Shown here: piece by piece, positions 1 through 10,872 of the stretch
How the letters are laid out: the number at the start of each line of letters is the position of its first letter
Position numbering within the stretch: the first letter of the stretch is position 1
Source: Patescibacteria group bacterium
GTDB lineage: Bacteria; Patescibacteriota; Patescibacteriia; UBA1558; GWA2-36-10
Direction of reading: 5' to 3'
DNA: 64,000 bases
Assembly: GCA_041665545.1 (NCBI GenBank)
Contig: JBAYIQ010000002.1
Location: 66,369-130,368, forward strand
Translations under genes and position numbers: made by a program
Notes under the pieces: generated by a model
What the model was told of the DNA's origin: nothing
What the model saw: only the letters and a program-made list of their open reading frames with translations
Database searches by the model: none

Positions 1-2304
1 AAAGGGACCCATGAACATAATGTACAAACGCAAAGAGTCAGCGCCATATTTTTTTATATAGTCATCCGGATTGACGACATTACCGCGTGACTTGGACATT
101 TTGACATTGCCCTCACCCAAAATCATGCCATGAGCTGTCCGTTTTTTGTAGGGCTCATCGCCAAGCTCTTTGGGAATGACGCCAATATCATACAAAAATT
201 TAAAAATAAAACGGGAATACAAAAGATGTAGGGTAGTGTGTTCATTGCCACCATTGTACCAGTCCACTGGCAACCAATATTTTATTTTTTTGGGGTCGGC
301 AAGTTGCTTATTATTTTTAGGATCAGTGTAGCGGATAAAATACCAATTTGACCCTGCCCAGTTAGGCATGGTATCAGTTTCTCTTTTGGCTTTTCCCCCA
401 CACTTAGGACACTTAGTGTTGACCCAGTTATCAACTTTAGCCAAAGGTGACTGCCCGTTTAAGCCGGGCTTGAAATCTTTGATATCGGGCAAAACAACTG
501 GCAAATCTTTTTCCGCCACTGCTTGCCAACCACATTTGGCACAATATACCATGGGAATCGGCTCACCCCAGTATCTTTGTCTAGAAAAAATCCAGTCATG
601 CAAGCGATAATTTACTGTGGTCTTGGCTTTGATGTCTTTGATAATGGCCTTAGCACCAGCTTCTATGCTTAAGCCATTATATTTTCCGGAATTATAAAGC
701 ACGCCGTCCCCAGAATAGGCCTGGTCTTCATTTTGATTCAGACGCTCAAACCAAGTATCAAGCTCGGCGCAAGTAAAATTATCATGATTTATATTTTTGG
801 GATCCAGCCAAACAACTTCGTGCTTAGCCAACTCTTCAGCGCTTACTTTTTCCCTTTCTCCACTCTGAAGTTCAAACAAAATCGCATTGGTGTAGGCAAT
901 TCTATTTTCATTTTTATGGGCCGCGTAATATTCTCCTCGAACTTTGTCTCCCAAAATTTTTATTAATTTTATTTTTTTATAGCCCGTTTCTTCCAACACT
1001 TCTCGGCGAGCGGCTTCAACTATATCCTCACCTTGATCAACACCGCCAACCACAAAACCAGTCCAAGGATGCTCTTTCCACTTCAAGCATAATACTTGAC
1101 CAGTTTTTGGATCACGAACAATGGCGTGAATAGTATCGCGAGTTACGGTTTTTTTACCAGGTTGTGGTGGATTTTTTTTATCCACCCAGTTTGGAATAAT
1201 TACCGTTCTAATCGGCAACTTAAATTTCTTGGCAAACTCCCAATCTCGCTCATCATGAGCTGGAACGGCCATAATAGCTCCAGTGCCATAGCCAGTGGTT
1301 ACATAGTCAGCCACAAAAATTGGAATAGCTTCATTGTTGCTTGGATTGATGGCTTTCAGGCCCTTTATTTCCACGCCGGTTTTTTCACGAGTAGCATCTG
1401 ATCTTTCTAAATCTGATTTCTTACGGCTAGCTTCAATGTATTTTTTTACCTCAGCTAAATTTTCAATCTTATTTTCAAGATCGTGAATCAAAGAATGCTC
1501 CGGCGCTATAACCATAAAAGTCGCCCCAAATAAAGTGTCAGGTCTAGTCGTAAAAACTAATAACTCACTATCTACTTTTAACTTTAAACTTTTAACTTTA
1601 AACTTTATCTCCGCTCCCTCACTGCGTCCAATCCAATTTTTCTGCTGTGTTTTGATTTGCTCCAAAAAATCCACTCTATCCAAATCCTCAATCAAACGAT
1701 CAGCATACTTAGTAATCCTGAGTAACCATTGTTCTTTTTCTTTTTTTTCAACCAAAGTGCCACAACGTTCGCAAGTGCCGTTTGTTACTTCTTCATTGGC
1801 TAAGCCAATCTGGCAAGAGGGACACCAATTAATATTTTCCTTGGCTTTGTAGGCCAAACCCTTTTTCCAAAGCTGAACAAAAATCCACTGTGTCCAGCGA
1901 TAATATTCTGGATCAGTGGTGGACAAAAATCTAGACCAGTCAAAACTAAAACCAGACGCTTGTAATTGACGGATGTAGTTAGCGATATTTTTTTTGGTAG
2001 TCTCCTGAGGGGGGATATTTTTTTTGACGGCATAATTTTCGGCTGGCAAGCCAAAAGCATCCATGCCCATGGGAAATAAAACATTTTTTCCTTGTAGTCT
2101 TTGATAGCGGCAAACAACATCAAGAGCCGTAAAGGGACGCAAGTGTCCGGCATGCAAACCCTCGCCTGAGGGGTAGGGAAATTCCACCAGACCAAAAAAT
2201 TTTTCTTGGCCGCTATCTTTGGCTAAAAAAGTATTATTGTACTGCCAATATTTTTGCCATCGGCTTTCAATATTTTTGAACTGATATTTTGAAAATTTAC
2301 CCAT
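1..2304 (-). CDS. leuS: Leucyl-tRNA synthetase (3' end outside window) with internal Nudix domain
   Basis: Manual translation from ATG at 2304: [34 protein letters not shown] (HIGH-like), [23 protein letters not shown]. Absent from the ORF track because it runs off the window edge. Confidence 0.97.
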   Translation of the reverse strand, partial: MGKFSKYQFKNIESRWQKYWQYNNTFLAKDSGQEKFFGLVEFPYPSGEGLHAGHLRPFTALDVVCRYQRLQGKNVLFPMGMDAFGLPAENYAVKKNIPPQETTKKNIANYIRQLQASGFSFDWSRFLSTTDPEYYRWTQWIFVQLWKKGLAYKAKENINWCPSCQIGLANEEVTNGTCERCGTLVEKKEKEQWLLRITKYADRLIEDLDRVDFLEQIKTQQKNWIGRSEGAEIKFKVKSLKLKVDSELLVFTTRPDTLFGATFMVIAPEHSLIHDLENKIENLAEVKKYIEASRKKSDLERSDATREKTGVEIKGLKAINPSNNEAIPIFVADYVTTGYGTGAIMAVPAHDERDWEFAKKFKLPIRTVIIPNWVDKKNPPQPGKKTVTRDTIHAIVRDPKTGQVLCLKWKEHPWTGFVVGGVDQGEDIVEAARREVLEETGYKKIKLIKILGDKVRGEYYAAHKNENRIAYTNAILFELQSGEREKVSAEELAKHEVVWLDPKNINHDNFTCAELDTWFERLNQNEDQAYSGDGVLYNSGKYNGLSIEAGAKAIIKDIKAKTTVNYRLHDWIFSRQRYWGEPIPMVYCAKCGWQAVAEKDLPVVLPDIKDFKPGLNGQSPLAKVDNWVNTKCPKCGGKAKRETDTMPNWAGSNWYFIRYTDPKNNKQLADPKKIKYWLPVDWYNGGNEHTTLHLLYSRFIFKFLYDIGVIPKELGDEPYKKRTAHGMILGEGNVKMSKSRGNVVNPDDYIKKYGADSLRLYIMFMGPF

Positions 2305-2479
2305 AATTAAACTAAAATTATAAAACAATTCTACCATTTAGAGCACCAAAAATCAACTTTTTTAATCCTGGATGCTCTCGACAAAAAAACCAAATTATGA
2401 TATATTTGCCAATACTAATAGAGCTTTATAAGTAAGTTATAACATTATTAGTATCTTATTTAAAAAAATACTGACCAGA

Positions 2480-3811
2480 TTGGCTATTAATATAGCTGAT
2501 TTTTTGATTTGGCTGAAAAAGCGCCTGCCTTTTATATTTGGGCCATTATTTAAACTTGTCTCATTGATCTTGAAAATACTTTTTTTGCCCTTGGTTTTGT
2601 TGGTCTACAAAAATATTGTTTTGCTAAAAATAAAAATAAAAAATCACCAATTCAAAAGTCAAAGCATTGTTTTGTTTATAAAAAAATATCTAGCTGGAAC
2701 AGTCATTAGCTTGATCATTGTCGGCACTACAGCCAGTAACATTTTTGCCCAAAGCTTCAACACTGATGAATATGCTCAGCGCACACTACTTTCTACTTTG
2801 ATAAGCAACGACGAATCCACTTGGAGCGAGATCATTGAGGAAAAAGCCCCCATCAATAGACAAGCACCAGCTTTGAGCTACGTTTCCAATCAAGACACCT
2901 TACAAGAGCCACTGACCAACAACAACGATGGTAGTACTGGTGGAGAAATAATCGGCCTATCACCTGATGCTACTAGCTTGGTAATGCTCAATTCTGATGA
3001 AAACAGCTTGGAAATGCCAGCACCAACGCGTTCAGAAAATGTTGACTATCTTGTGCAGGCCGGTGATACCTTGAGCGGCATTGCCGAAAAATTTGATATC
3101 ACAGTGAACACAATACTTTGGGCTAATAATCTTACCTGGAATAGTACTATCAAGCCGGGTGCTAAATTAACTATTTTGCCAACCTCGGGTATTGACTATG
3201 ATATTGTCAAAGGTGATAACCTGACAGCGATTGCCAAAAAATACCAAGCTAATGTTGATAAGATAATTGCCTACAATAATCTGTCTGGCATATCCGACAT
3301 CAAAGCCGGCGACATGATTTTTATTCCTGAGGGTATCAAACCAACAAAAGTCGTTTCTTCTTACAAAGCGCCTACTGTGACCAGCAAGCCAAAAACTGAC
3401 GCTGGAGTTTATAGAGATGATGATCTACCACCAGCTAGCGACTTGTCTGTCAACACCAAATTTTTATGGCCAGTTTTGAGTCACCGTACTACCCAGTATT
3501 TTAGCTGGCGCCACACGGGATTGGATATTGGCGACAAAGTAGGCAACCCAATTTATGCGGCTGAAGATGGCAAAGTCGAACGCTCTGGCTGGTCAACTGG
3601 CTACGGCTATAATGTGATTATCAATCATGGCAACGGCCTAGAAACACTATATGGCCACGCCAGTCAACTCTTGGTCAAAGCTGGGGAGACAGTCAGTCGC
3701 GGTCAGGTCATAGCGCTGGTTGGCAATACTGGCTGGTCCACTGGCCCGCACTTGCATCTTGAAGTGCGAGTCAATGGTGTCAGAAAAAATCCTATTAACT
3801 ATATAAAATAA
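2480..3811 (+). CDS. LysM + M23 family peptidoglycan endopeptidase, membrane-anchored
   Basis: Two LysM repeats (YLVQAGDTLSGIA; YDIVKGDNLTAIA) and M23 motifs HTGLD, YGH, HLHLE. Confidence 0.92.
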   Translation: MAINIADFLIWLKKRLPFIFGPLFKLVSLILKILFLPLVLLVYKNIVLLKIKIKNHQFKSQSIVLFIKKYLAGTVISLIIVGTTASNIFAQSFNTDEYAQRTLLSTLISNDESTWSEIIEEKAPINRQAPALSYVSNQDTLQEPLTNNNDGSTGGEIIGLSPDATSLVMLNSDENSLEMPAPTRSENVDYLVQAGDTLSGIAEKFDITVNTILWANNLTWNSTIKPGAKLTILPTSGIDYDIVKGDNLTAIAKKYQANVDKIIAYNNLSGISDIKAGDMIFIPEGIKPTKVVSSYKAPTVTSKPKTDAGVYRDDDLPPASDLSVNTKFLWPVLSHRTTQYFSWRHTGLDIGDKVGNPIYAAEDGKVERSGWSTGYGYNVIINHGNGLETLYGHASQLLVKAGETVSRGQVIALVGNTGWSTGPHLHLEVRVNGVRKNPINYIK

Positions 3812-3839
3812 CCCTAAATAAAAAACCACTGATCCCTTT

Positions 3840-3894
3840 GTCATCCCGCACTTGTTGCGGGATCTGACTAGATTCCTGCCTTCGCAGGAATGAC
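3840..3894. repeat. REP-like palindrome (GTCATCCCG...GGGATC / GATTCC...GGAATGAC) nested in a bidirectional terminator stem
   Basis: Same family as 14896-14940, 33307-33330, 37684-37804 and 39496-39623; enclosed by AAAAAACCACTGA...TCAGTGGTTTTTT. Confidence 0.75.
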
Positions 3895-3924
3895 GGTGTG
3901 AGTCAGTGGTTTTTTTAATATTTT

Positions 3925-5715
3925 TTATTTGCAAAAACACTTCCAGCGTGCGCCACGATCACTATCATTTTGTCCACAGCTCAGCTGTCCGCCAGCTAAT
4001 CCGCCCGCCTGACAAGTCGCTAGATCAGACCACGCCTCAGTACCAAAACCGGCATAACCACGAGAGGTAATCGCCTTTGTGTCGACACACTGTTTTTTTA
4101 TAGACGCACAATAAGCATTGCAACTATCAAAATTATCTAAACTCACGCAAGCTGACCAGGCACCAATGGTAGATTTTCCTTTACCGAAAATATTATAACC
4201 ATTATAATATTCCGTAAAATCATTGTGACCATCACCATCTGTATCGGCTTTTTTGGGATCAGTGCCCAATAAGTTTTCATTATCATCACTCAGGCCATCA
4301 CCTTCACCATCACCATCAGTATCTTTATTATTTTGCTCTTCGTATTGCTTCATTGTGCGTACTTTCTCCTCCATTATTTTCTTCATGGTATTTTCATAAG
4401 CTTGCTGTACAGTAATAGTTTGCTCTGGTTTGGTAATTGAATAATTATCTTCAATTTCATTTAAAAAATTATAATGGCCGGTTAAAATTATTTTTTCCTC
4501 ACCAAGATTTATGGTGTCGCCGTCAAAAACAATACTGGCACCCTGGATAGCTTTGGTTTTGGTGTTGACCCAGACAAAAATATCCGCATTTTGAACCAAG
4601 CTATCGATTGCTTCAAATTGTTTGGGGTCATCAATTCTATCTTTGGCCATGTCTTTTTCCACCTTGGCCTTAATATCTTGGGTGGTTTTCAGTTCAGTAT
4701 TATTCAAATAAGCACCATCAAAAATAGCCAGCATATTAATCAAATCATCAATTTTTGAAGGCTTAACAATAAGTTGTAACTTTTTTAACTGACCATTACC
4801 GCTGTCTTTTGATTCTTTGGTGTCGGTAATTTTAAAAATATCATAAAGCTTAAAGAGCTTAAAATAATCATCCATTTTCTTTCTTTCTTCCAGCTTTTTT
4901 TCTAGATTAAAATTAACTGGATTGACCATAAGCCCGACATCAGAACTACTTAATTTATCAAGATCATCCCAATTATAGGTTAGCCAGCGATCTTTATTGA
5001 AAAATTCTGACAAATCAATATTCATACCCAGCAAGCCACTCAACAAATCAGTAGTAAAATCCTTGTTAAATTTAAAATAGAAATCCTTGTCGAGCTGTCT
5101 ATAATCAATGCTGTTATTGAAATTGAAAGCACTTCCCGCTCCAATACTTATCTGTACATTACCATCAAAATTTTTACCAACAGTGTGTTGCAATCCTGTC
5201 AAAGAAATTTTGACGTTGTCCATGCTGGGCATAAACATTTCCGCCGGGTTACTACCCAAGTTGCCAATAACCGGGTCTTTTTTTAACCGACCATCCAAGA
5301 TAAAATCAAAATCCGATTTATAATTTTCATAAGGAACATCTAGTTTCAAAACCATCTGTCTAGCAAAAAGCATGGTTTGACCATAAGCATAGTACCAATA
5401 GCCACCAGCTCCCAAAATGACTACTAGCAAACTCATCAAAATAAAGCTCGTAGTCTTTTTGTTTGATTTTTTGGGAGAAATAGGAGAAATATTTTGCTGG
5501 CCAGGTTTTTGCCCTAGGTTAGAATTCACCGAAGCTTGACCAGGCATCATGGGACTCAGCGGTCTTGGCGTTGGCTGACTCACTGCTTGGGCTGGTGTCG
5601 GTGGCGTGGCTGGAATTTTCATACTAGGCGGATTACCACTGGCCGTACCCGGCATGGTCTTGACCTGAATATCATTGATTACAAAATCATCTTTTTTTGT
5701 TTGAGGAGTGTCCAT
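3925..5715 (-). CDS. Membrane-anchored protein: Pro-rich N-terminus, single TM, Ca-binding DxDGDG repeats, Cys-rich C-terminus
   Basis: 596-aa ORF; DTDGDGEGDGLSDDNE..GTDPKKADTDGDG. Confidence 0.8.
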   Translation of the reverse strand: MDTPQTKKDDFVINDIQVKTMPGTASGNPPSMKIPATPPTPAQAVSQPTPRPLSPMMPGQASVNSNLGQKPGQQNISPISPKKSNKKTTSFILMSLLVVILGAGGYWYYAYGQTMLFARQMVLKLDVPYENYKSDFDFILDGRLKKDPVIGNLGSNPAEMFMPSMDNVKISLTGLQHTVGKNFDGNVQISIGAGSAFNFNNSIDYRQLDKDFYFKFNKDFTTDLLSGLLGMNIDLSEFFNKDRWLTYNWDDLDKLSSSDVGLMVNPVNFNLEKKLEERKKMDDYFKLFKLYDIFKITDTKESKDSGNGQLKKLQLIVKPSKIDDLINMLAIFDGAYLNNTELKTTQDIKAKVEKDMAKDRIDDPKQFEAIDSLVQNADIFVWVNTKTKAIQGASIVFDGDTINLGEEKIILTGHYNFLNEIEDNYSITKPEQTITVQQAYENTMKKIMEEKVRTMKQYEEQNNKDTDGDGEGDGLSDDNENLLGTDPKKADTDGDGHNDFTEYYNGYNIFGKGKSTIGAWSACVSLDNFDSCNAYCASIKKQCVDTKAITSRGYAGFGTEAWSDLATCQAGGLAGGQLSCGQNDSDRGARWKCFCK

Positions 5716-5761
5716 AAAATTTTTTAAATAATCTATTAGTTATAAATATGTAAATAATCTA

Positions 5762-6151
5762 TTATTGAAACCAAAGGAATAAAATGCCTAACCAGGCAAC
5801 ATTAAATAGCAAGAAGCTAAACCAAGGCTGGGCATTGAATCTTTTATTTATCTTAATAACACTAAAGGACCAAGCAACCAACAAAAATAAAACGCCTAAA
5901 CTATTGGCGCCACGATAAACATATATCTGAGCAAAATTATAAATTACAAAAATGTACAATAAAGTGTTTATTGAGGCAAAAAGAGCGCTGATGAAATAAG
6001 GTTTGCCGGACAAGGTTTTTTTGAGCAGATCCATATTCATTTCCAAAAAAGTGGAAATAAATAAATAATAAAATAAACTAAGCACAATGGCCCAAAGCAC
6101 AAAGTTTAAATAGTCGTGATAACTAAAATAAAAATTTACAAAAGAAATCAT
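5762..6151 (-). CDS. Hypothetical 4-TM membrane protein
   Basis: Hydrophobic ORF; start taken at MISF. Confidence 0.65.
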   Translation of the reverse strand: MISFVNFYFSYHDYLNFVLWAIVLSLFYYLFISTFLEMNMDLLKKTLSGKPYFISALFASINTLLYIFVIYNFAQIYVYRGANSLGVLFLLVAWSFSVIKINKRFNAQPWFSFLLFNVAWLGILFLWFQ

Positions 6152-6248
6152 AGATTTAATGTAGTTATTATACCACAAACCAGAGTTAAAACAAAAACCA
6201 CCCAGTCCTTCGAGAAGGGCTAGGTGGTAATCAAAAAATTAATCACAA

Positions 6249-6710
6249 CTATGGTTTCACGATTGTCCAAAGGTTATTGAAATTGTTGCCTTTGGTGTCA
6301 CCTGGTTTCAAATCCTTGGCATAGAGATACAAGGGTTGTCCAATATAGGTAACCTGCAATGTCTTGTCCGCTCTTTCAAAAGTACCCAGAAGCCCAGTCA
6401 CTGTTTTATCGACTACGCCATTATTTAATTTTATAAATGGCGGCCAAGTTTTGGCGCATTCTCCAGTGCAAGAACTTTTACCGTTCTTATCACTTTTGAA
6501 AGCGTAAAGTGTGCGACCTTGCGCATCTACTAGGTAAGTACCTAATGCTTCCGTACTACTCGTCTTCAAAAAGATGATTTTTGAATTCTGAACTTTATTC
6601 TGATACATTTGGCGACCGTTGGGAGTGATGCTCCACAACAAAAGGGCTGAGCCAATAAATACAAAGAATAAAGTCATTGTTTTCCAAAAATTAAATTTTG
6701 CTTTTGCCAT
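6249..6710 (-). CDS. Secreted repeat protein with Yx(F/W/Y)xxD motifs (Lipoprotein_15-like)
   Basis: GRTLYAFKSD..C.GECAKTWPP..QVTYIGQPLYLYAKD..PGD. Confidence 0.85.
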   Translation of the reverse strand: MAKAKFNFWKTMTLFFVFIGSALLLWSITPNGRQMYQNKVQNSKIIFLKTSSTEALGTYLVDAQGRTLYAFKSDKNGKSSCTGECAKTWPPFIKLNNGVVDKTVTGLLGTFERADKTLQVTYIGQPLYLYAKDLKPGDTKGNNFNNLWTIVKP

Positions 6711-6978
6711 AAATTATTTGTTATTTTGTTATTTATTTTTATAGAAAAGATCGACCTTTAAATGTTGTTAATATTATAACACTTTTTTGAAAATAAAAAA
6801 AGAACAACCCGTCGGGTTGATTGTTAACAATGCATACTCTCGTGTCCCTCGACTTGGTTCGACTTCGCTCACCACAGGTCACTCGGGACATTCGACTCCT
6901 TCGAGTGGTCGAAGACCATGAGCGAGCAAAACGAGTCGTTTATGGCGCGCCATAAACCTGAGCGTAGCGAATGATTTA

Positions 6979-7053
6979 TGGTGCCCCCGATAGGAGTCGA
7001 ACCTATACCCCAAGCTCCGGAAGCTTGTATTCTATCCGTTGAACTACGGGAGC
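6979..7053 (-). tRNA. tRNA-Arg(CCG)
   Basis: Cloverleaf; anticodon arm CAAGC-TTCCGGA-GCTTG; GGTTCGACTCC; encoded CCA. Confidence 0.95.
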
Positions 7054-7192
7054 AAATTAAAATCGGACATAAAAACAGTATAACACTTTATATAGTATGT
7101 TCAAATTTTGACCAAAAAGAAACCCCCGCCAGTGGTCCCATTGGACTTAGCGGGGGCGAGCAGACGAATCTGCTTAGTTCTGAAATGTGCGT

Positions 7193-7870
7193 CTAGCAAT
7201 CGGAACTGGGATGATAGTCGATGATCTCGGCCAGGCGGAAGCCAACATGGACTTTCCGGCACCACGGCCACATCCGATCCCAGTACTCGTGACAGAGTTC
7301 GGTCAGGACCTGGCGCTGACGGCGGAGCTTTGCCAGCTCCTCGGGCACTTCGTTGACCTGCTTGGTCAACGCCTCCACCTGAGCTCGCAGGTCATCGTTC
7401 ACACCCTGCAGGCGGACATTGTCCGCGAGCAACTGCTGCCACGACGTACCATCCTGAGGACCCTCATAGCTATCCTCAGGGAGAGGGCGGATACTGCCGA
7501 CCTTGATCTGATGAAAGAGCTCACACAGATCATCGAGGTTCTTGGCGGTCAACTTGATGCACAGGCAATTATTTTTGCCCGAGCTTTCCGGACTCACCTC
7601 CGCCCGAGCGGTCTTGAGCCGGTAGACACCCCACTCACGAGCGTTGTAGACTGGGACAAACTCGATCACACTGATCTCCTCGACGACGCCTTTCAACACT
7701 TTCGGTATCTGATCACCGAGATTGATCTTGGTATACCAGCGGCCATCGTCCAGGTAAAGAGTGATGCCTTGGTCCGGAATACCCCTCTTGGGACTTCCGT
7801 CACCGTTCTTTAGATCCGCGAAGCCTGTCACGTTCTTGACTTCGTCGCTCAAATACACTCGTCCTGACAT
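7193..7870 (-). CDS. Hypothetical protein with C-terminal coiled coil (GC-richer, SD-led)
   Basis: AAGGAG before ATG 7870; TTGACA/TATTAT promoter upstream; hairpin terminator ~7117-7156. Confidence 0.75.
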   Translation of the reverse strand: MSGRVYLSDEVKNVTGFADLKNGDGSPKRGIPDQGITLYLDDGRWYTKINLGDQIPKVLKGVVEEISVIEFVPVYNAREWGVYRLKTARAEVSPESSGKNNCLCIKLTAKNLDDLCELFHQIKVGSIRPLPEDSYEGPQDGTSWQQLLADNVRLQGVNDDLRAQVEALTKQVNEVPEELAKLRRQRQVLTELCHEYWDRMWPWCRKVHVGFRLAEIIDYHPSSDC

Positions 7871-8069
7871 GTCTAACTCCTTCTTCATTGTCGCCCGGAT
7901 TCCGCCTAGCTTACTGGGCCAGTACGTTCCGTGGTCGACTGCTTGGAGCTTCTTGCCACCTTACCAGCATTACTGGCAAAGTATATAATAATAGCATATA
8001 TAATGATTTTTGTCAACAATAAAACAGTCATATTTTACGGCTGTTTTTTACAAAAATTTAACGAAAAAC

Positions 8070-9395
8070 CTACTTATTTAACAAAGTATAAAGCAAACCC
8101 AAGGCCGAAGTGGCCATCAAAACAAAAGTGAACCAGACCAAACTACGCGATAATTTGTTACCACTATAGTCACCTAATATTTTTTTATTGCCATTGATCT
8201 TGGCAATGACAAATATCAAAGGCACAGCCGCAAGGCCATTGAACACGGCGGTGAACACCAAGGCCTTAAATGGATTGATGCCAATAAAATTCATCAGTAA
8301 GCCAACCAAGGTGGCAATAATTATCACGGCATAAAAACCCTTGGCCTGACTCAATTTTCTATACAAACCCTCTTTCCAGCCCAGGGCTTCAGAGAGCGCA
8401 TAGGCCGCGGATCCTGCCAAGACTGGTATGCCCAAAAGACCAAGGCCGATAATACCAATAGCAAAAATATCTTTGGCAATTTGTCCAGAATTGGGAAATG
8501 ACTGCACTAGTGGCTCTAGGGCTTTGGCCGCGTCAGCCGCTGAGTTGATATCGGTAATTCCGTTTTTGAATAAAACCGAAGCCGTGGTAATGATGATAAA
8601 CCACTGAGCTAGTTGGGACCACAACATACCAACAGAAGTATCAACTCTCATATCATGGAGAAATTTTTTCAAGCCATGCGGTGTGCCACCTTTTTGTGGT
8701 AAATTGTGATGAGCAATCTCCTCCTCCACTTCTTCCGAGGCCTGCCAAAAAAACATGTAAGGCGTAATGGTGGTACCAAAAACACCGGTGATGATAAATA
8801 AATATTCAAAATCAAATTTTATACTTGGTATAAATGTGGCTTTGATAATCTCTCCCCAAGAATGATCGACAATCAAAGCCGTAAAAATATAGGCCACCAA
8901 AACCAAGGCCAGCCACTTCAAAAATTTGACATATTTTTTGTAACTCACAAAAACTTCTAAAGCCACAATCAAAATCGCAAAAGCAATAGCGTAAAAGGCA
9001 AAAGGTAAATTCCAAACCAGTTCCGCGGCACTAGCTATGGCGCCAATATCTGCTCCGATGTTTATGGTGTTGGCAATGACTACTAAAAAAACTACCACCA
9101 ACAATACTTTTTTGGAAAAATTTTCTTTGACCACGCCCGCCAAGCCCTTGCCAGTGACTGCACCAATACGCGCGCAAGTTTCCTGAATAGCAATCAAAAG
9201 TGGAATCTGATAAAAAGCCGTCCAGAGCATGCCAAAGCCAAATTGGGCACCAGTCTGCGAGTAAGTGGCAATGCCCGAAGGATCATCATCAGCCGCGCCA
9301 GTAATCAAACCCGGGCCTAAAATGCGAAAAAAACGATTGAGCTTGTTTGGCTTTTTGCTTGATAAATTTTTATTTATTTTTTTATCTTCAATCAT
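8070..9395 (-). CDS. NRAMP family divalent metal transporter
   Basis: GPGLITGAADDDPSGIATYSQTGA; GTTITPYMFFWQ. Confidence 0.93.
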   Translation of the reverse strand: MIEDKKINKNLSSKKPNKLNRFFRILGPGLITGAADDDPSGIATYSQTGAQFGFGMLWTAFYQIPLLIAIQETCARIGAVTGKGLAGVVKENFSKKVLLVVVFLVVIANTINIGADIGAIASAAELVWNLPFAFYAIAFAILIVALEVFVSYKKYVKFLKWLALVLVAYIFTALIVDHSWGEIIKATFIPSIKFDFEYLFIITGVFGTTITPYMFFWQASEEVEEEIAHHNLPQKGGTPHGLKKFLHDMRVDTSVGMLWSQLAQWFIIITTASVLFKNGITDINSAADAAKALEPLVQSFPNSGQIAKDIFAIGIIGLGLLGIPVLAGSAAYALSEALGWKEGLYRKLSQAKGFYAVIIIATLVGLLMNFIGINPFKALVFTAVFNGLAAVPLIFVIAKINGNKKILGDYSGNKLSRSLVWFTFVLMATSALGLLYTLLNK

Positions 9396-9483
9396 AAAAA
9401 TAATCTTTATTATACACAAATAGTACCATAATAAGGAAAATTTGTGAAAATAAAAAATCAGCCCTTAGGACTGTTTTTTATCT

Positions 9484-9573
9484 TGGCGGTGGGAGGAGGA
9501 TTCGAACCCCCGATACCCTTGCGAGTATACCGCATTTCGAGTGCGGCGCCTTCAACCACTCAGCCATCCCACC
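9484..9573 (-). tRNA. tRNA-Ser(CGA)
   Basis: 90 nt with long variable arm; anticodon loop CTCGAAA; CCA end. Confidence 0.95.
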
Positions 9574-9719
9574 AAGGAACTTTAATCTAAATTATCTTAA
9601 GAATATTGAATTTTGCTTGTAAAGTCAAATACTATACCCTATAATAACCCCAGTGGACTGTCTTTGCTTTAAACACTCACCAGACAGTCTTTGTACCAAC
9701 GCAACCTTAAGGAGAAGGT

Positions 9720-10190
9720 ATGCTACTGCGCGTGACTACCCACGGCCAACGCGTCATCTATCATGTTGTGAGTGCCACCCCATCCTATGAGGAGACCCGA
9801 ATCACTCTGCCGGCAGGCACCTACAATTTCCGAGATCACCCCAATCCTCTAAGATCGGATTGGGGCAAATGGCTGGTACTCGATGAATCAGAGCTACCGA
9901 AGCTAGGACTTGACTCTGATGCCATTGTTGGCATGAGTCACGAAGCCTTGATGTTCTGTGGTAGCCCTGCTTGTATCTCTAGCATGGCGATGGATATCGA
10001 AGACATCACACCGGTCATGGCTACTGTTCAGTCGGTGGTCACTGCCGAAGTGAAGACAGCGAAAATCATCCCCCTACCCGTTCGTCGCTATCCCGAGTTC
10101 ACGCGGAATGACCAGCCAAGAGGTCTCTACTGTGCCAGTCGCCACAGAAGATTCCTCAATCCAGCGGCTCGCCGCGAATGCCACGGCTGA
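9720..10190 (+). CDS. Hypothetical protein (GC-richer, SD-led)
   Basis: AAGGAG before ATG; GGCCACCGA...TCGGTGGCC-T-run terminator ~10217-10256. Confidence 0.7.
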   Translation: MLLRVTTHGQRVIYHVVSATPSYEETRITLPAGTYNFRDHPNPLRSDWGKWLVLDESELPKLGLDSDAIVGMSHEALMFCGSPACISSMAMDIEDITPVMATVQSVVTAEVKTAKIIPLPVRRYPEFTRNDQPRGLYCASRHRRFLNPAARRECHG

Positions 10191-10461
10191 AAAGCCAACC
10201 TCCTTCTCCTGTCCATGGCCACCGAAGACTTTAATCGGTGGCCTTTCTTTTTTTTAACAAAAAAAATAGCCCGCCTGACTATAATAAAATTTTACCAAAT
10301 GGCCGAAGGCCATGAGCGAAGTTTTATGCCCCTCGACTTGGTTCGACTACGCTCACCACAAGTCGCTCAGGGCACTCGATTCATTTACAGAAAATGGTCA
10401 AAGGGTTGATAAGCACCGGAGACCACGAGTGAGTCTTTTGCTTTGCAAAAGACGAATCGAG

Positions 10462-10526
10462 TGGTGCCGAAGGGGAGATTTGCCACCGCCCGCAGGCGGG
10501 GTCCCGCCCGTGGCGGGAAACTCCCA
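10462..10526 (-). pseudogene. tRNA-Leu 3' fragment with 36-nt double hairpin inserted in T-loop
   Basis: TGGGAGTT[insert 10483-10518]CAAATCTCCCCTTCGGCACCA; flanks identical to the adjacent tRNA-Leu. Confidence 0.85.
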
Positions 10527-10537
10527 TAAAATTTTAT

Positions 10538-10595
10538 TGGTGCCGAAGAGAGGATTTGCCACCGCCTACGGCGGGGTCCCGCTTCGCGGGAAACC
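10538..10595 (-). pseudogene. Second tRNA-Leu-like 3' fragment with 33-nt T-loop insertion
   Basis: GGTT[insert 10559-10591]CAAATCCTCTCTTCGGCACCA. Confidence 0.8.
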
Positions 10596-10605
10596 AATTT
10601 TTGTT

Positions 10606-10693
10606 TGGTGCCGAAGGGGAGATTTGAACTCCCACGATCTTGCGATCACATGGCTCTGAACCATGCGTGTCTACCAAGTTTCACCACTTCGGC
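10606..10693 (-). tRNA. tRNA-Leu(CAG)
   Basis: CATGG-TTCAGAG-CCATG anticodon arm, long variable arm, CCA. Confidence 0.95.
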
Positions 10694-10730
10694 CTAAATA
10701 ATTAAAAATAATACCACTTTTAAATACAAT

Positions 10731-10765
10731 TGGTGGACCGTGTCCCGCGACGCGGGACGACCTCC
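10731..10765 (-). pseudogene. tRNA-Ala-like 3' fragment with T-arm replaced by a TCCCGC..GCGGGA hairpin
   Basis: GGAGGTCG-TCCCGCGTCGCGGGA-CACGGTCCACCA just downstream of tRNA-Ala. Confidence 0.55.
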
Positions 10766-10798
10766 TATGAAAATGCCTGACACTCTCCTAATTTTGTT

Positions 10799-10872
10799 TG
10801 GTGGAGATGCGGGGAATTGAACCCCGAATTGGTCAATGCGAATGACCTGTTATACCGTTTAACTACATCCCC
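10799..10872 (-). tRNA. tRNA-Ala(CGC)
   Basis: G3:U70 pair; GGTCA-TTCGCAT-TGACC anticodon arm; CCA. Confidence 0.92.

Noticed and set aside
368-2195. Five short ORF-track entries
   Set aside because: All overlap the continuous leuS frame on the minus strand.
7187-7813. 208-aa plus-strand ORF
   Set aside because: Antisense shadow; promoter, SD and terminator all support the minus-strand gene.
10462-10625. Three TGGTGCCGAAG repeats at ~70-bp spacing as a CRISPR array
   Set aside because: The repeats are tRNA-Leu 3' ends, the spacers are similar to one another, and no cas genes are present.
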